A stretch of 64,000 nucleotides of DNA from NCBI GenBank assembly GCA_010015585.1, contig ML975155.1; one strand, 5' to 3'. The notes under the pieces are model-generated. The model worked only from the letters and a program-made list of their open reading frames with translations, ran no database searches and was not told where the DNA came from. Of the stretch, positions 38,596 to 50,343 are shown piece after piece. Source of the stretch: Eremomyces bilateralis CBS 781.70 (Eukaryota). A program made the position numbers and the translations under genes. Position 1 is the stretch's first letter. Each line of letters opens with the position of its first letter.

Positions 38596-38935
38596 TTGCA
38601 ACCGAAGGCTGTTCTCAGACCTGGCCCAAACCAAGGCTTCTAGGGACTCGAGGCGATAGCGGACATTCCATAATATAATTCGTCGCCGGGGACTGACTGT
38701 TTATATTATTCTCGCCATTAACTCCCATAGAGAAGTTTACATGTAGCACACTATCGATGTCAGCATATAATCTTTGTTAAATTTGATCGATCTTGTTATG
38801 ATAGTACAATTTATGTCCCGGAAAACCCTAGAGCACCAGAATTTGACCAACCCCTGACAAGACGAAGCCCAATGGATCCTATAGACAGGGCTCAAAAGCG
38901 TCATATCCAGCCTAGGATGGGAGGGTGAGGTTGTC

Positions 38936-40845
38936 TCATAGCTTGGAGCTAGTTGAGTCGGCACCAAAGACAACCAGTTTATCCAACACTGATATGCTCC
39001 TCCAGTTTTCCGTTTCAATCGAGGCTTTTGGTTGCTTTTCGCCGATCCACCTCTTTGAAACCTCGACCATGACAGGATGGTTGTCCCTTTGCGCGTCTCC
39101 GACAAGGCAAACTGTTGACACAATCCAAGAGAGGGAGTTAAGCAGTTCTCTTCCGCGGAATCGCAGCTCCTCGGTCTGTAGTCCAATCCACACCTCTTCC
39201 AGCCTCTTGAACTCTTGCATCACGAGCTCAGCAGCGCTCCCCCATTCTTCGGTCCAGGTGTTCGTATTCCGGGCAACCCATCCTCCTAATGCTTTTAGAA
39301 TAGGGACCCCTCCTTTCCCCTTCATCACACGAGCCACATCGGTGCCCATAATATCCGTCGTACCTTCCCAGATGCTATTCACGCTGGCATCTCGATAGAT
39401 TCTCGAAACGTTGAACTCCTGTTCATCCTCCAGGTAGCCAACGCCACCGAGGGCCTCCATGCACTCCTGCAACGCGCCAATTGACAATTTGGAGCACTGC
39501 CCTTTCATCACCGGCAACAGCAAACGTAGCAGAGCCGTCGCCTCTTTAACATCCTGAACCGGGGCTGTCTGCATCGCTTCTCCGCTCTTCTCATATGCCC
39601 CCGGGTTCTCCACGATGCCCATCAAGGCCACGACAAAGTACCCCAAGTGCATCATTGCAGAATACGACACGGTGATTCTCGCCAAGGTGCGCAGATGTGA
39701 CGGCACATCAGTCAGCAGTACTCCACCATCCACCTTCCTCACACGTGCATACGCCCGCGCGATCGCAAGTCCACGACCCCAGTATGACAACGCCGTGATC
39801 CCTGTATACAACCGCGTGATGTTCAGCACCGACGCAATCTCCCGCACCCCATGGCCATCCTGCCCGACCATCCACGCTCGCGTATCGTTCAGCACCAGCT
39901 CGGCAGTTGGGACGGCCCGGGTGCCGAGCTTTGGCTTGAGGCGCTGGATGGCGATGCCGTTGAGTTCGGACGGGAGCGGGTTCGATGGTGAGGTGCTAGC
40001 GCGGCGCATCGGGGCGTAGAAGGCGGAGATGCCGGCGGGGGTCTTGGCGAGGAGGACGGCCATTTGGGAGTCGGTGGCACTGCTGAACCATTTGAAGCCG
40101 GAGACGGTGTAGGGTCCGAGAGGAGAGCCATGCGCATCGGTGAATGAGGAGCTCGCTGGCTGTGGCGCGTAGGTTGCGACTGTCTCGGTGCCTCGGACAT
40201 CGCTTCCGCCGGACCGTTCCGTCATCCATTGTCCACTTGTCCATCCATTTTCTGGGTCGCGGCTCGTAAGGTGCTGGTAGGCCGCGCGGAATACCTGCTC
40301 TTGCTCTAGTGATAATCCGCCTTTGGCAAGGTGGTTGCTCAGGAGTCTTGCAGCTCCATCGGCCATTGCTGTGGGACATGTGACGCATGCGTTGCTCCCG
40401 GTCCATAGATGATACTTCACGAACTGATACATCCGGCTATGGTGTCCTTGCGCCTCTTCGTATGCGATTGCGAGGATTCCATGCTTTATGCCGATTTTCT
40501 GGAGCTCTTGCCATCCTCGACTGGTATCTAGGGTGGTTCGTGGAACGCCGAAGAGACTATGAGTCGATACGGTTGGTGGGTTCCGCTCCGCATCTGCGAC
40601 TAGCGAGAAGACATCGGGTGAGACGACGTAGGCGCCAAACGCGGATAAGTCGGGTTCGATGGCAGTTTGTATTGGTTTTGGGATGTATACTTGCAAAACC
40701 GTTAGTAGCGCATCCAGTAGGACAAGAGACAACACTTACAGTTGTAAATTCTGTTCAAGAAGAAGTCCTCCGTCAACTGATTCCCCAACTTCGGTGCTGT
40801 CTGGAAGAAGCCTTCCGTTCCGCTAGATGGTCGTGGAACCGCCAT
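38936..40845 (-). CDS. Acyl-CoA dehydrogenase, AidB/ACAD11-like, with PTS1 (-SKL)
   Basis: Start MAVPRPSSGTEGFFQ, intron ~40683-40738, GQWMTERSGGSDV, GFKWFSSA, RLKPKLGTRAVPTAEL, ECMEALGGVGY, IWEGTTDI; ends SSKL*. Confidence 0.93.
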
Positions 40846-41422
40846 GTCTCTCCGTCGGAACGCATGTTCGTATCGTTCTAGCAAACGAGGGGGTTGCAAG
40901 GGATAGATATAGCAGTCCACATGGCGGGCAGACATCTGAAGATCAGCAGAGCTCTGGAACGCGCTTAAAGATGGGGTAAGATGACGCCTGAGGTCTACGC
41001 CCATTGGCTAGAATATCTCGCCAGTAGCACAACAGTCATATGACGGGAGAACGAGCACAACAGGAAGGTAACTAAGTTAATTTTAGAGTTAAAAAAACAA
41101 TAGTAATCATCGTGGAGAATGCAACAAGGACTGCTGAAGGTCTATCTATAAGTTGACGGCGGCGTGTAGTCTGTCAAATCCCCACCATAATTGGCCCGCT
41201 GTCATCCCTCTGTTCTCTCAAAGGTCCAAAGAAATATGAGGGAAGGGCGTGTCTTCTTTCAGATTTGCCATCTCGTTCAGTATCCATAATGCCACTATCA
41301 TGTACTTCCTCGAGGGTACATCCGAATCCATCCCCGAACGCCAAAAACCTGTTCTCGTAAAACACATCATAACACATTTTCGACGCCGAGAGCGTCTATC
41401 TAGTGTTCATCGGGTCGTTCAG

Positions 41423-41692
41423 TCAATTACAGTCCATTGGGTCAACACCTCTTTCTCCACCCATCACAACCGTACTGGGCTGCTTCGATCGCCCCCCGAA
41501 AGGGGTACGTCCTTGTGATGACTTGTTTGCTGCTTGCTCGCAGGTGGGGCAGTTCGTCTGCGCAAACCGCCGCATCGTGTCCATTGGATTGCATGGCATC
41601 CCGGCGTTTGCGACTGCAAGAGGACAGAAAAGCGGCTTGATGTCGTCGGTAGCATGGCCGCAGAGGTAGGCCAATTCCCGTTGTTGGCACAT
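41423..41692 (-). CDS. Small Cys/His-rich protein (MC..CGH..C..C..CxxC), 89 aa, putative zinc-binding
   Basis: ATG in good context (catcATG). Ordered MCxxxxxxYxCGH...C...C...CPTC pattern, a type of small orphan ORF that recurs in filamentous ascomycetes. Confidence 0.6.
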   Translation of the reverse strand: MCQQRELAYLCGHATDDIKPLFCPLAVANAGMPCNPMDTMRRFAQTNCPTCEQAANKSSQGRTPFGGRSKQPSTVVMGGERGVDPMDCN

Positions 41693-42784
41693 GATGAGGT
41701 TCGGACGTTCGATGGGGGTACGCTAGGAGCTGCTGATCCGGTAGCTTCCTCGACAGGGATTCGAAATAGGAAGATGCTGTGGGAGTCAATTTGAGTCAAT
41801 ACCGAGTTCGTCAGGAGGAAAGGGGTTAGATAAATGAATGAGAGTGGCTTCGGTTCGGGCTGATTTGTGATAATGGTGACACATCAAGAATATTTGCGAC
41901 GAGGGAAGACACCTAGCAGATGATCCATATGATGAGTGAGCATCCCGTGCAATCCCATGCTCAGTAGTATGATCCATAGAATAGGTGATGAGGGGAGAAG
42001 AGAGGAGGTGCTCAACCTACCTTGGTTTCTCTGGTATATATCGAAATCGTGGTGAGACAAATGCTTCAACCCGAGATGGTTCGATGCAGGAAAAGCACGA
42101 GAGCCACGGGCGCTTGCATGTCCTTTGTGGTATTGTACTGCGTAATATCGACAGCCGACGACCAGTATACCGTCCTGGGTGTTGTTGGTGAAGAGTAGCA
42201 GCTTGATTTCAGGGCGTCTAAACGTCTCAGCCTGGTTTGTTCCATCGATTGCCCTTTCCCGTTCGAAGACAGCCAACACCTTCTAGCAAACACGGAAGGA
42301 AAGCAGCGAATCAGAAGAGATCAAGTCTGGAAGGAGACTTTCTGTTCTTTTCGATACAGCTGATGTATGGGAATGTGTAAGCGGATCGTTCTCCTACATG
42401 TATGATGTGACTATATGAGGTATCAGCACCCAACAATGTCTACAACGTTGTATAATAGGAAATTTGTTTTGCGATTTGGTAAACACTGAAGCTATTGTTT
42501 CTTGACAACTGTGTCAACATCGTAACACGACCTCCATGACAGGAATGTCGATAAACAAACGTCAAATGGGATTTGGGACGACAGTGGAATTCAACTATTC
42601 AAGGATTCGGGGTCACGTGCGCCCCCTGGCCAATTCAACGACTTCGAAGTCTATTGTCAGCGCTCTGTTCGAAGCTGATCGTCTTTTCATTAAGTATCGC
42701 TACCACTATTCTTGCGCGCCCCTAGGTTTAGGTCCTGCCACGGTATATTAATTTATAATCTTGCTAGGCACTAGCAGGCTTTAG

Positions 42785-44115
42785 ATATTAAAAGCCCGCC
42801 GGAAAGTGTTGTTGACCAACCTGCCGGACGATGTTCTGATCTGTATCTTTGAGTATGTCGACTCTGCCTCAACCCATCCAGGCTAATATCATTTTAGGGA
42901 CAGATCTCTATCAACTGAATATTTGCCGGCCATTCGTCTTGTGAACAGCCGTTTCGTGAATATACATTCACTCAATAAGCGCATTTTCAAGAAGTGTAAA
43001 CTTGTTGCGGACGTTATGAACCTTGGTCGGCGCAAAGGTCTCTTAAGAACCGTGATTTCGAATATTTTGGCCGTTATGTGCGAGAAATCACGTTTGAGTT
43101 GCCTTGGCGAACTTCGCCTAATATTGAGTTCGAGACGTTTAAATCACTCGAGTACGAACTGCTCAAGAGCCGGATCTACAATAAGGCTGTTGTTGTACCA
43201 GAGGTCAACGAAATCAGAGAACGTTTCGACCAATATCGAGTATTTGCAGAGGAGAACCAACAGATTGCCCAGGACGGTAGTATACCCGCAGCGTGGACTG
43301 AAATGCTGAAGCATTGCCCCAACGTGGGCACAATCGAGATCGACAGCATCTGGATGGAACCATTTGCATGGGATAATTTCCCGGAAATACGTCAAGATCA
43401 TCTCAAGTGTGCTATTGTACCCTTGATTTTCACTGCCATTGGTGCCGGTATTCGACCAACATCGCTATCTGTCAATGGTCCCCTGAATTCGACTAGCCTC
43501 GAAGTCTCACACATTCCAAACTGGGAGCTTCTGGATCTAAGTCGCGTCGAGAAGCTTGCACTCGAGTACGACGACGTGGATGAAGATGGCCATGATAACA
43601 GTCCCGAATTAGCAACTGCTGACCTGGTCACCCACATTCTAGCGAAAGACCTAGACAGCTTGAAAAGTTTGAAGCTTGATTGTATCTACGAGGTTCCCAC
43701 CTCCGACGCTGCTCCGCTTCCCAAACTCAAACACCTCAGCCTCGTATATGCAGCGCACTTGGATCCCAAACATGTTCGCAGCTGGTTTCTCAGTATGGAA
43801 GGGTTGGAATGCATTGACTTCAGCGGTGTCAGTTTCTGGAATTCCCCGGGTAGCGATTGGGGATACGTATTCGAGGCCATTCGCGATCACCCTAGTGCTA
43901 TCACATTGGACTTTGAGAATATCATTTCATATGGTTGGGGGGAGTTCTTGGCGCACACCCGTGTACTTCCCGGGCGGGAACTCGAGGATCTCCCAAGAGA
44001 AATTAATGGAAGCGATATCAACGAGGAAGGGGAAGGTGACGAAGTTGATGTAGAACAGATGCTTTCGGAACTAGATGTGGATTTTGAGGAGTTTGTCGCT
44101 GGACGCCTAGCATGA
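42785..44115 (+). pseudogene. F-box/LRR-like gene, apparently disrupted (no ATG, one frameshift)
   Basis: F-box-like LLTNLPDDVLICIFE, intron 42853-42897, then LPAIRLVNSRF. Frame change near 43010-43015 into the 43078-44115 LRR-like ORF. The upstream in-frame codon is ATA, directly after a TAG. Confidence 0.6.
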
Positions 44116-44564
44116 ACTCAAGTAAGGCGCTGCAGTGGTTCTTCGATTAATGTTCCTAATCTTGTCTACGATCTCTAGCACATTTACGCCGGATACACGC
44201 AAGTTATTAAATTGTTGAGTAATTGTTTGTTTTTCCATCATGTTCCGCTGGATATCAAGGAGGAAACACCGCTTGCGCATTACGATTCAGTTTCTCAATG
44301 AAGATGTAGCTTATGAGCTTTCTAGCTGTCGTCTAGTAGAAAGTTTAATAGAGGAGCCTTAGACCGTCATTGTGCTATTCAGCCGAGTAATGAACTTCCT
44401 TTTCAGTGGAGTTAAAGTTCTCGAAGTTTCCTTAAAATAAAAGTAGTTATTCCACAAGCGAGCAGTGCATACATACAAGACACGGAGTCTTCGGCAGAAC
44501 TCCCTCTTACTTCAGTACAATGTTCCCCTCCACAGTCCACAATTTGACTAGCTCAACCCATTTA

Positions 44565-44573
44565 TCCACCAAT
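44565..44573 (+). promoter_or_regulatory. Galacturonic-acid response element (TCCNCCAAT, GaaR site)
   Basis: TCCACCAAT about 250 bp upstream of the L-galactonate dehydratase ATG. It matches the GaaR-bound consensus known from Aspergillus and Botrytis D-galacturonate pathway genes. Confidence 0.65.
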
Positions 44574-44819
44574 CAATTGCTTCGTTCGGCCCTGTATCAC
44601 GATGCGGGTGGGAAAAGCTCTAAGAGAAAGGGACATCGGTCGTTTTAAATGGGTGCGATTAGCCAACTTCCTTGGTGAAAAGTCCAATGAAATATTGCCA
44701 AGCCCGATTTTATGTATTTGGAGTAGATTCTAAGTCGTGATTCGCAACATTGGGCATATTTTGGTCTATTCGCTCCCTTGGACCATTGTATATCAAGCTC
44801 CTAAGATACCGCTCACAAA

Positions 44820-46364
44820 ATGGTCACCATCACGAGGTTTGAAACGAGAGATGTCAGGTTTCCGGTTCGTAGTTGCGCTTTTGCATATATCAGGGGTTCG
44901 TCCACTGGCTGACCCAAATCAGACATCTCTCGACAAGACCGGTTCCGATGCCATGAACACAGCTGGGGACTACAGTGCCGCATACTGCCTACTATACACT
45001 GACAGCGAACATGTTGGCCACGGGATGGTAATGCCAACCGCTCCATACGGCAACGTCTCGCAATGCTGTTAACACCACTAGACATTCACAATTGGCAGAG
45101 GCAACGACATCGTCGCGGCATGCATCCCATATATCGCGAAACATCTTGTCAGCAAGCCGCTTTCTTCCTTCACATCCAACATGGGCGCCACCTGGCGTAC
45201 CCTCACCTCCGACTCGCAAATCCGATGGATTGGGCCGGAGAAGGGTGTCTCCCACCTGGCACTTGGTGCCGTCGTGAATGCGCTCTGGGATCTCTGGGCT
45301 CGGGTCGAGGGCAAGCCGATCTGGCAGCTCGTGGCGGACATGGCGCCCGAGGAAGTGGTGCGATGTATCGACTTTCGGTACGTGGAAGATGCGATCACGC
45401 CGCAGGAGGCGGTGGAGTTTTTGAGGAAAGCGGAAGTTGGGAAGGCGGAGCGGCTGGAGAAGGTGAGGCAAAATCGCGCCGTTCGGTGCTATACGACAAG
45501 CGCGGGCTGGCTAGGCTATAGTAAAGAGAAAATGAGAGAGTTGCTCCTACAATCGAAAAACGAAGGATTCCAGCACTTTAAGTTGAAAGTTGGAGCGTCG
45601 GTCGAGGAGGACATAGAGAGGTTAAAGATTGCAAGGGAGATCATCGGGGATGACGCGGTATTGATGGTGGACGCAAATCAAGTAACCCCCCTTCGCGCCT
45701 CGTCTAGAATTCTGTCTAATTTGGCTCCTAGATCTGGTCTGTCCCGCAAGCAATCGAGCATATGACCCAGCTTGTCCCTTTCAAGCCTTGGTTCATCGAA
45801 GAACCGACCTCCCCAGACGACATTCTCGGCCACGCCGCCGTCCTGCGGGCTTTGAGTGGTTATGGGATCGGAGTCGCTACCGGCGAAATGGCGCAGAACC
45901 GCGTGATCTTCAAACAGCTCCTACAAGCTCGAGCCATCACGGTCGCACAACCAGACGCATGCCGTCTAGGTGGCCTGAACGAGGTCCTTTGCGTCTTCCT
46001 CCTGGCGGCGAAGTTCGGCGTTCAATGCGTGCCGCACAGTGGCGGTGTTGGGCTGCCCGAGTATACGCAGCATATGAGCATCATTGATTACGTGCTTTTC
46101 GGTGCGGTGGGTCAACAGACGCCGAATGGAGATGGGCCACGGGTGCCGGAGGAGAGGCTGTTGGAGTACGTCGAGCATTTACATGAACATTACGAAGAGC
46201 CGGCGGAAGTGGAGGATGGATATGTGGTTACACCAACGCGGCCGGGGTATAGCGTGAACATGAAGGAAGAAAGTGCGAAGAAGTATGAATTCCCAGGGAA
46301 GGATGGTGTGAGCTGGTGGAGGTCAGATGAGGCGAAACAGATTCTTGACTCTGAATGGGTTTGA
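44820..46364 (+). CDS. lgd1: L-galactonate dehydratase (GaaB/Lgd1; enolase superfamily, ENOSF1/L-fuconate dehydratase-like)
   Basis: Spliced MVTITRFETRDVRFP-TSLDKTGSDAMN, DYSAAY, RWIGPEKG, YTTSAGWLGY, FKLKVG, MVDANQ, WFIEEPTSPDD, ATGE, PHSGGVGL. Confidence 0.88.
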
Positions 46365-47350
46365 ATGATAAAAAGTCGAAGAGAGGCGGCGAGTAGATTC
46401 TACTGCCCAAGGCCACATCATTGGGTCATACATAGAGATGATAAGGAACATATAATGCAAATCATAAAGTGGTCGCCGCAATTACCGTCCTTTGAATGAC
46501 TGGCTGGAGTGAAGGCTTCTGTATGGGTACCATACTGCTCACTAGTGGTTTTCATCATCGGTTGTCGCGAGACTTTGGACATGTCCATCCCCTTCCGATG
46601 CGATTCTAATCGTGCCGGTTGCAGTGTTGCAGCCCAAGTTTGAATAGTAGCATATTTAACTCTCTTTCTGCCTGGACGAATTCAGTCATATCGTACAAAT
46701 TGTACTGGCTAGTGGCTACCATCTCTTTCGTCAGGGATAAGGTTCCAAGAGAAAAACGGACCCTCTCATTACTCGGCCGGAGGAATCATAAAAGTCACCA
46801 GGAAAGCATAAAAAGGGAAGAGCATGACTCCGATAGTCTGAGGAAAAATAAGGCAAAGATATCGCTAGACGTGGTTGTATTGCGCGTCAAAGACTGATTC
46901 AACATCCATACCTTTCATTGACGCGACGCGCCGCGAGAATCAATGAGGCAATGCAAGATTCGGAACAGGACGTTAATGGGCTAACTTAGCGACAGAACTT
47001 AAAATATCCATAATATCAAATTGAAGAAGCGTAGGAATTTATGAGTTTCCTGGCGATGTACACTTTGTTGTGTACAGGAATGATAATGTCAGTATTATGG
47101 AAGGCGATTGTTGACGGTTGTTGACGAAGTGGGATGTGGACGTGGGGGGCTTTTGACACCAGTGGGGAATGATTTTCCGTCAGGTTTGATATTCTACACT
47201 TTGCAGTCCAAATAACTTCTAATCCAGTACACAACCCACAAACATACGCATATGGACGCATACCTTCTCCATTCTTCAACCTACCCCAAACCACGGTCCT
47301 CCCAAACACCGATCTCGACCTCATCAGTTCCTCCGACGCGCGCGATCCGC

Positions 47351-47901
47351 ATGGATAGCCCATCAACCATCAACATGTCCACCATCTCCATCTCCACCCT
47401 CCAGCGCATCTCACCCAGCACCCTAGCCTCTCGCCTCTCCTCTCTTCAAGCGCCACTCTCTGACTCCGGAAGCTCCATCGCTGTCATCGATGTGCGCGAT
47501 AGCGACTACATCGGCGGACACATCCTGGGGTGCCAGAATGTGCCATACGCCAACTTGGATTGGAAGATGCCGGAGTTGGTGCGTGAGCTGAAAAATAAAG
47601 ATACGGTGGTGTTTCACTGCGCCTTGAGTCAACAGAGAGGCCCTAGTGCTGCCTTGCAGTATCTGAGGGAGAGGGAGAGGTTGCTGAGTGGAGAGGCTGG
47701 AGGGGAGAAGAACGTGCAAGAGGTGGTCGTGCTTGATGGAGGGTTCACGAAGTGGCAAGAGACGTATGGGACCGATGAGAAGTTGACGGAGGGATACCTG
47801 AAGGATATTTGGGCGTTCGGAGGTTAGTCAAACAACATTTTCACTTGTGCGATTGATGAGGTCCGGTTTACTGACGTGGGGAAAATGTAGGATTCAGTTG
47901 A
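47351..47901 (+). CDS. Rhodanese/Cdc25-like small phosphatase or arsenate reductase (Ibp1/Ych1-like)
   Basis: VIDVRDSDYIGGHILG, VVFHCALSQQRGPSAA (HCX5R), VLDGGF..W. Start at 47351 or 47375; stop at 47827 unspliced or 47901 if intron 47823-47890 is removed. Confidence 0.88.
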
Positions 47902-47980
47902 AAAGTTAGCCAACTTTCCGCTATCTTTACGACCGGACGAGCTGTATTAAAATGATACGATATTACGACCAATTTCTCCG

Positions 47981-48881
47981 TTACAACTTGGCTGGTTTCC
48001 AGACCGGCTTCCTCTTCTCCACGAAAGCCCTCACACCCTCCCGCATATTCTCCCCCTTAGCCAACCGTCCTTGCCATACTTCCTGCCAGATCCGCGTCCC
48101 CTCCTCCGCACCACACCCCTCCCACCCCATCTTCACCCCCTCCCTCGTGATGATCACTGCATCCGGGCTATTCTCCGCCACCATCGTCGCCAACTCTATT
48201 GCCGCCTCCACCACTTTCTCCGCCCCCTCGTCCACCACCCGATTCACTAACCCCCACTCCCTCGCCTCCTCCGCACCCACTGTCCGGCCCGTCAATGCCA
48301 TCTCCATGGCCCGCACCCTCCCCACCGTCCGTATCAGCCGCGGCGGCGCGCCGGCGAATGGAACCACCCCGCGCTTAACCTCCGGCAGCGCAAACGAGGC
48401 GTTTCGGTTGGCGACGACCATGTCGCAATTCACGATCATCTCAGTGCCGCCGCCGAAGCAGAGGCCGTTGACCGCGGCGATGACGGGCTTTAGGCCACTA
48501 CGCCGGGAAAGGCCGGCGAAGCCAGCAGGAGGAGTGGGGCGTGTTGTACGTTTTTCGTTGTGGTTGTTCCACTCTGTGCAGTGTGAGGCGTGCAACTGAG
48601 CAGCGGGAGACGGCGTGCGTTGATCAATTACCTTTGAGATCTGCGCCTGCACAGAAAGCTCGTCCGGCGCCTGTGATGATGCCGACGCTCAGTTCTGGTT
48701 CCTCGTCGAGCCACTGCCAGACGTTGTTGAGCTCGACGTGACCCGCGCTGGGGATAGAGTTCAGTTGTTTTGGTCGGTTTAGTGTGACAAGAAGGATTTT
48801 AGGGGCGGGGAAGGAAAGTATCGCCACTGTGATAGTCGGAGGCGGGGCGGAGAATTTCGGTGCAAATGATATGGGAGCCAT
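47981..48881 (-). CDS. Enoyl-CoA hydratase/isomerase (crotonase family) with PTS1 (-AKL)
   Basis: TLNRPKQLN, GRAFCAGADLKE (across intron ~48579-48631), KPVIAAVNGLCFGGG, FALPEVKRG; ends WKPAKL*. Confidence 0.93.
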
Positions 48882-49670
48882 AGCCAGGTATCCAATGGTC
48901 AGTGATGACTCCTTACAGGCAGATAGCAGCGAGTCTCCTTTGCTGGCCTACCCAATGTCCAGGAATCGAAGAAGCACAGAGTATGGTAGAGTCGCCTACC
49001 TTGGATTCGGAACTTAGGCTGGGGATATATACCTAGCCCTAGATTCTTCGAAATCCGGGGATGTGGGGTAGGCCAGGTTTGGTCCCTGCACAGAATGGTT
49101 GTCATTCGCGTATCCGAGGCTCAGGCACCTATGATCCCTCTGATGATCTTCTTCATATACGGGTACAAGGCCGGAGGCTCGCAGTATACCTTCTGTGCGA
49201 TTACCACATTGAAACATGCCACCATCACTCGATCAAGCCTTTTTTCTTATCTACTGTTCACCAAGAGAGATCATGAACCACTTTGTTGGGATTGATATTG
49301 CACGTTGATATTCGCAAGGCCATAAGGCCGCAAGGCATCGGTGCCTGAGCTGAGCACACGCTAAACCCCATTGGGATAGTTCTACGTCACTCATGGGAGG
49401 TTGGTGTTGCGTTCAGGGTCCAGTCTGGGCTACAGCCGTTACCGCGGCGCCTCGATCAGTCAATCTATGGAAAAGGGTCCACGCGACGCATCAATTTGTG
49501 TGAACTCGACTTTTTACGGCCTCAACCCATTTCCTTTCACCATCCGCATAGAATATGTGAGCCGCTACTCCTCGCCCGACTCGAAGTCCTCCATAGACCT
49601 CCTTAGAATTTGCGACACCCCTTCTCCTCCCGCACCGCAGTCTCAGACCACCTCGATCCGTTTCGTGAGG

Positions 49671-50343
49671 ATGCCGCCATCCAAGGCACGGATACAGGCC
49701 GACGACTCGAAGCACGATGAGCCGTACAATCCGAAAGAGAAATCTAAAGCTTCGGGGAATGCCACTTCTGGCCGATCACGGAAGACGGCTGCGAACCAGG
49801 CCAATGGCAGCTCGTTGAAGAAGGTGATGACACCACCAGTGAAGATACCTTTGGTCAATGGAGCAACGGGAGAACCGGCAGAATCTGCGGGAGTACGTAT
49901 TTAGTCGTCCGAACAATAAACCTGATCGAGTCTCGGGAATGAGGAGATTTTGGAATCAGCTAACATCATTTTCCTTAGATCGACTGGACGAAGGAAGAAC
50001 TCGCTCTCCTCCACAGCTATCGCGATGCCTACAAACTCAGCACCCCATCCGCACACCCACGATCTCTTAGCCACATTCACCTCAATCAAGGCATCGGAAA
50101 ATATTCCCCGACCATGTTGCGGGCGAAACCAAAGCGTGCTGTCACGAAAGACCAGCTCGCCCAGGCCGTTAGAAAACATTTCCGGGATATGCCCGTCAAC
50201 GAGAACGAAACGATTGCCGAGATGTTGTATAAGGTGCAGAACTCAGGTTAGTGGGCGTACGGAATAATCGACCCGCAAAAATGCTAATATGAAGACTAGA
50301 TAAAACATTTCGTCTAAAATTCCCTGCCACTAAGTCCAAATAG
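49671..50343 (+). CDS. SAP30: Sin3/Rpd3 HDAC complex subunit SAP30
   Basis: Spliced IDWTKEELALLHSYRDAYKL...KDQLAQAVRKHFRDMPVNENETIAEMLYKV-DKTFRLKF matches the SAP30 Sin3-binding domain; 3 exons. Confidence 0.82.
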
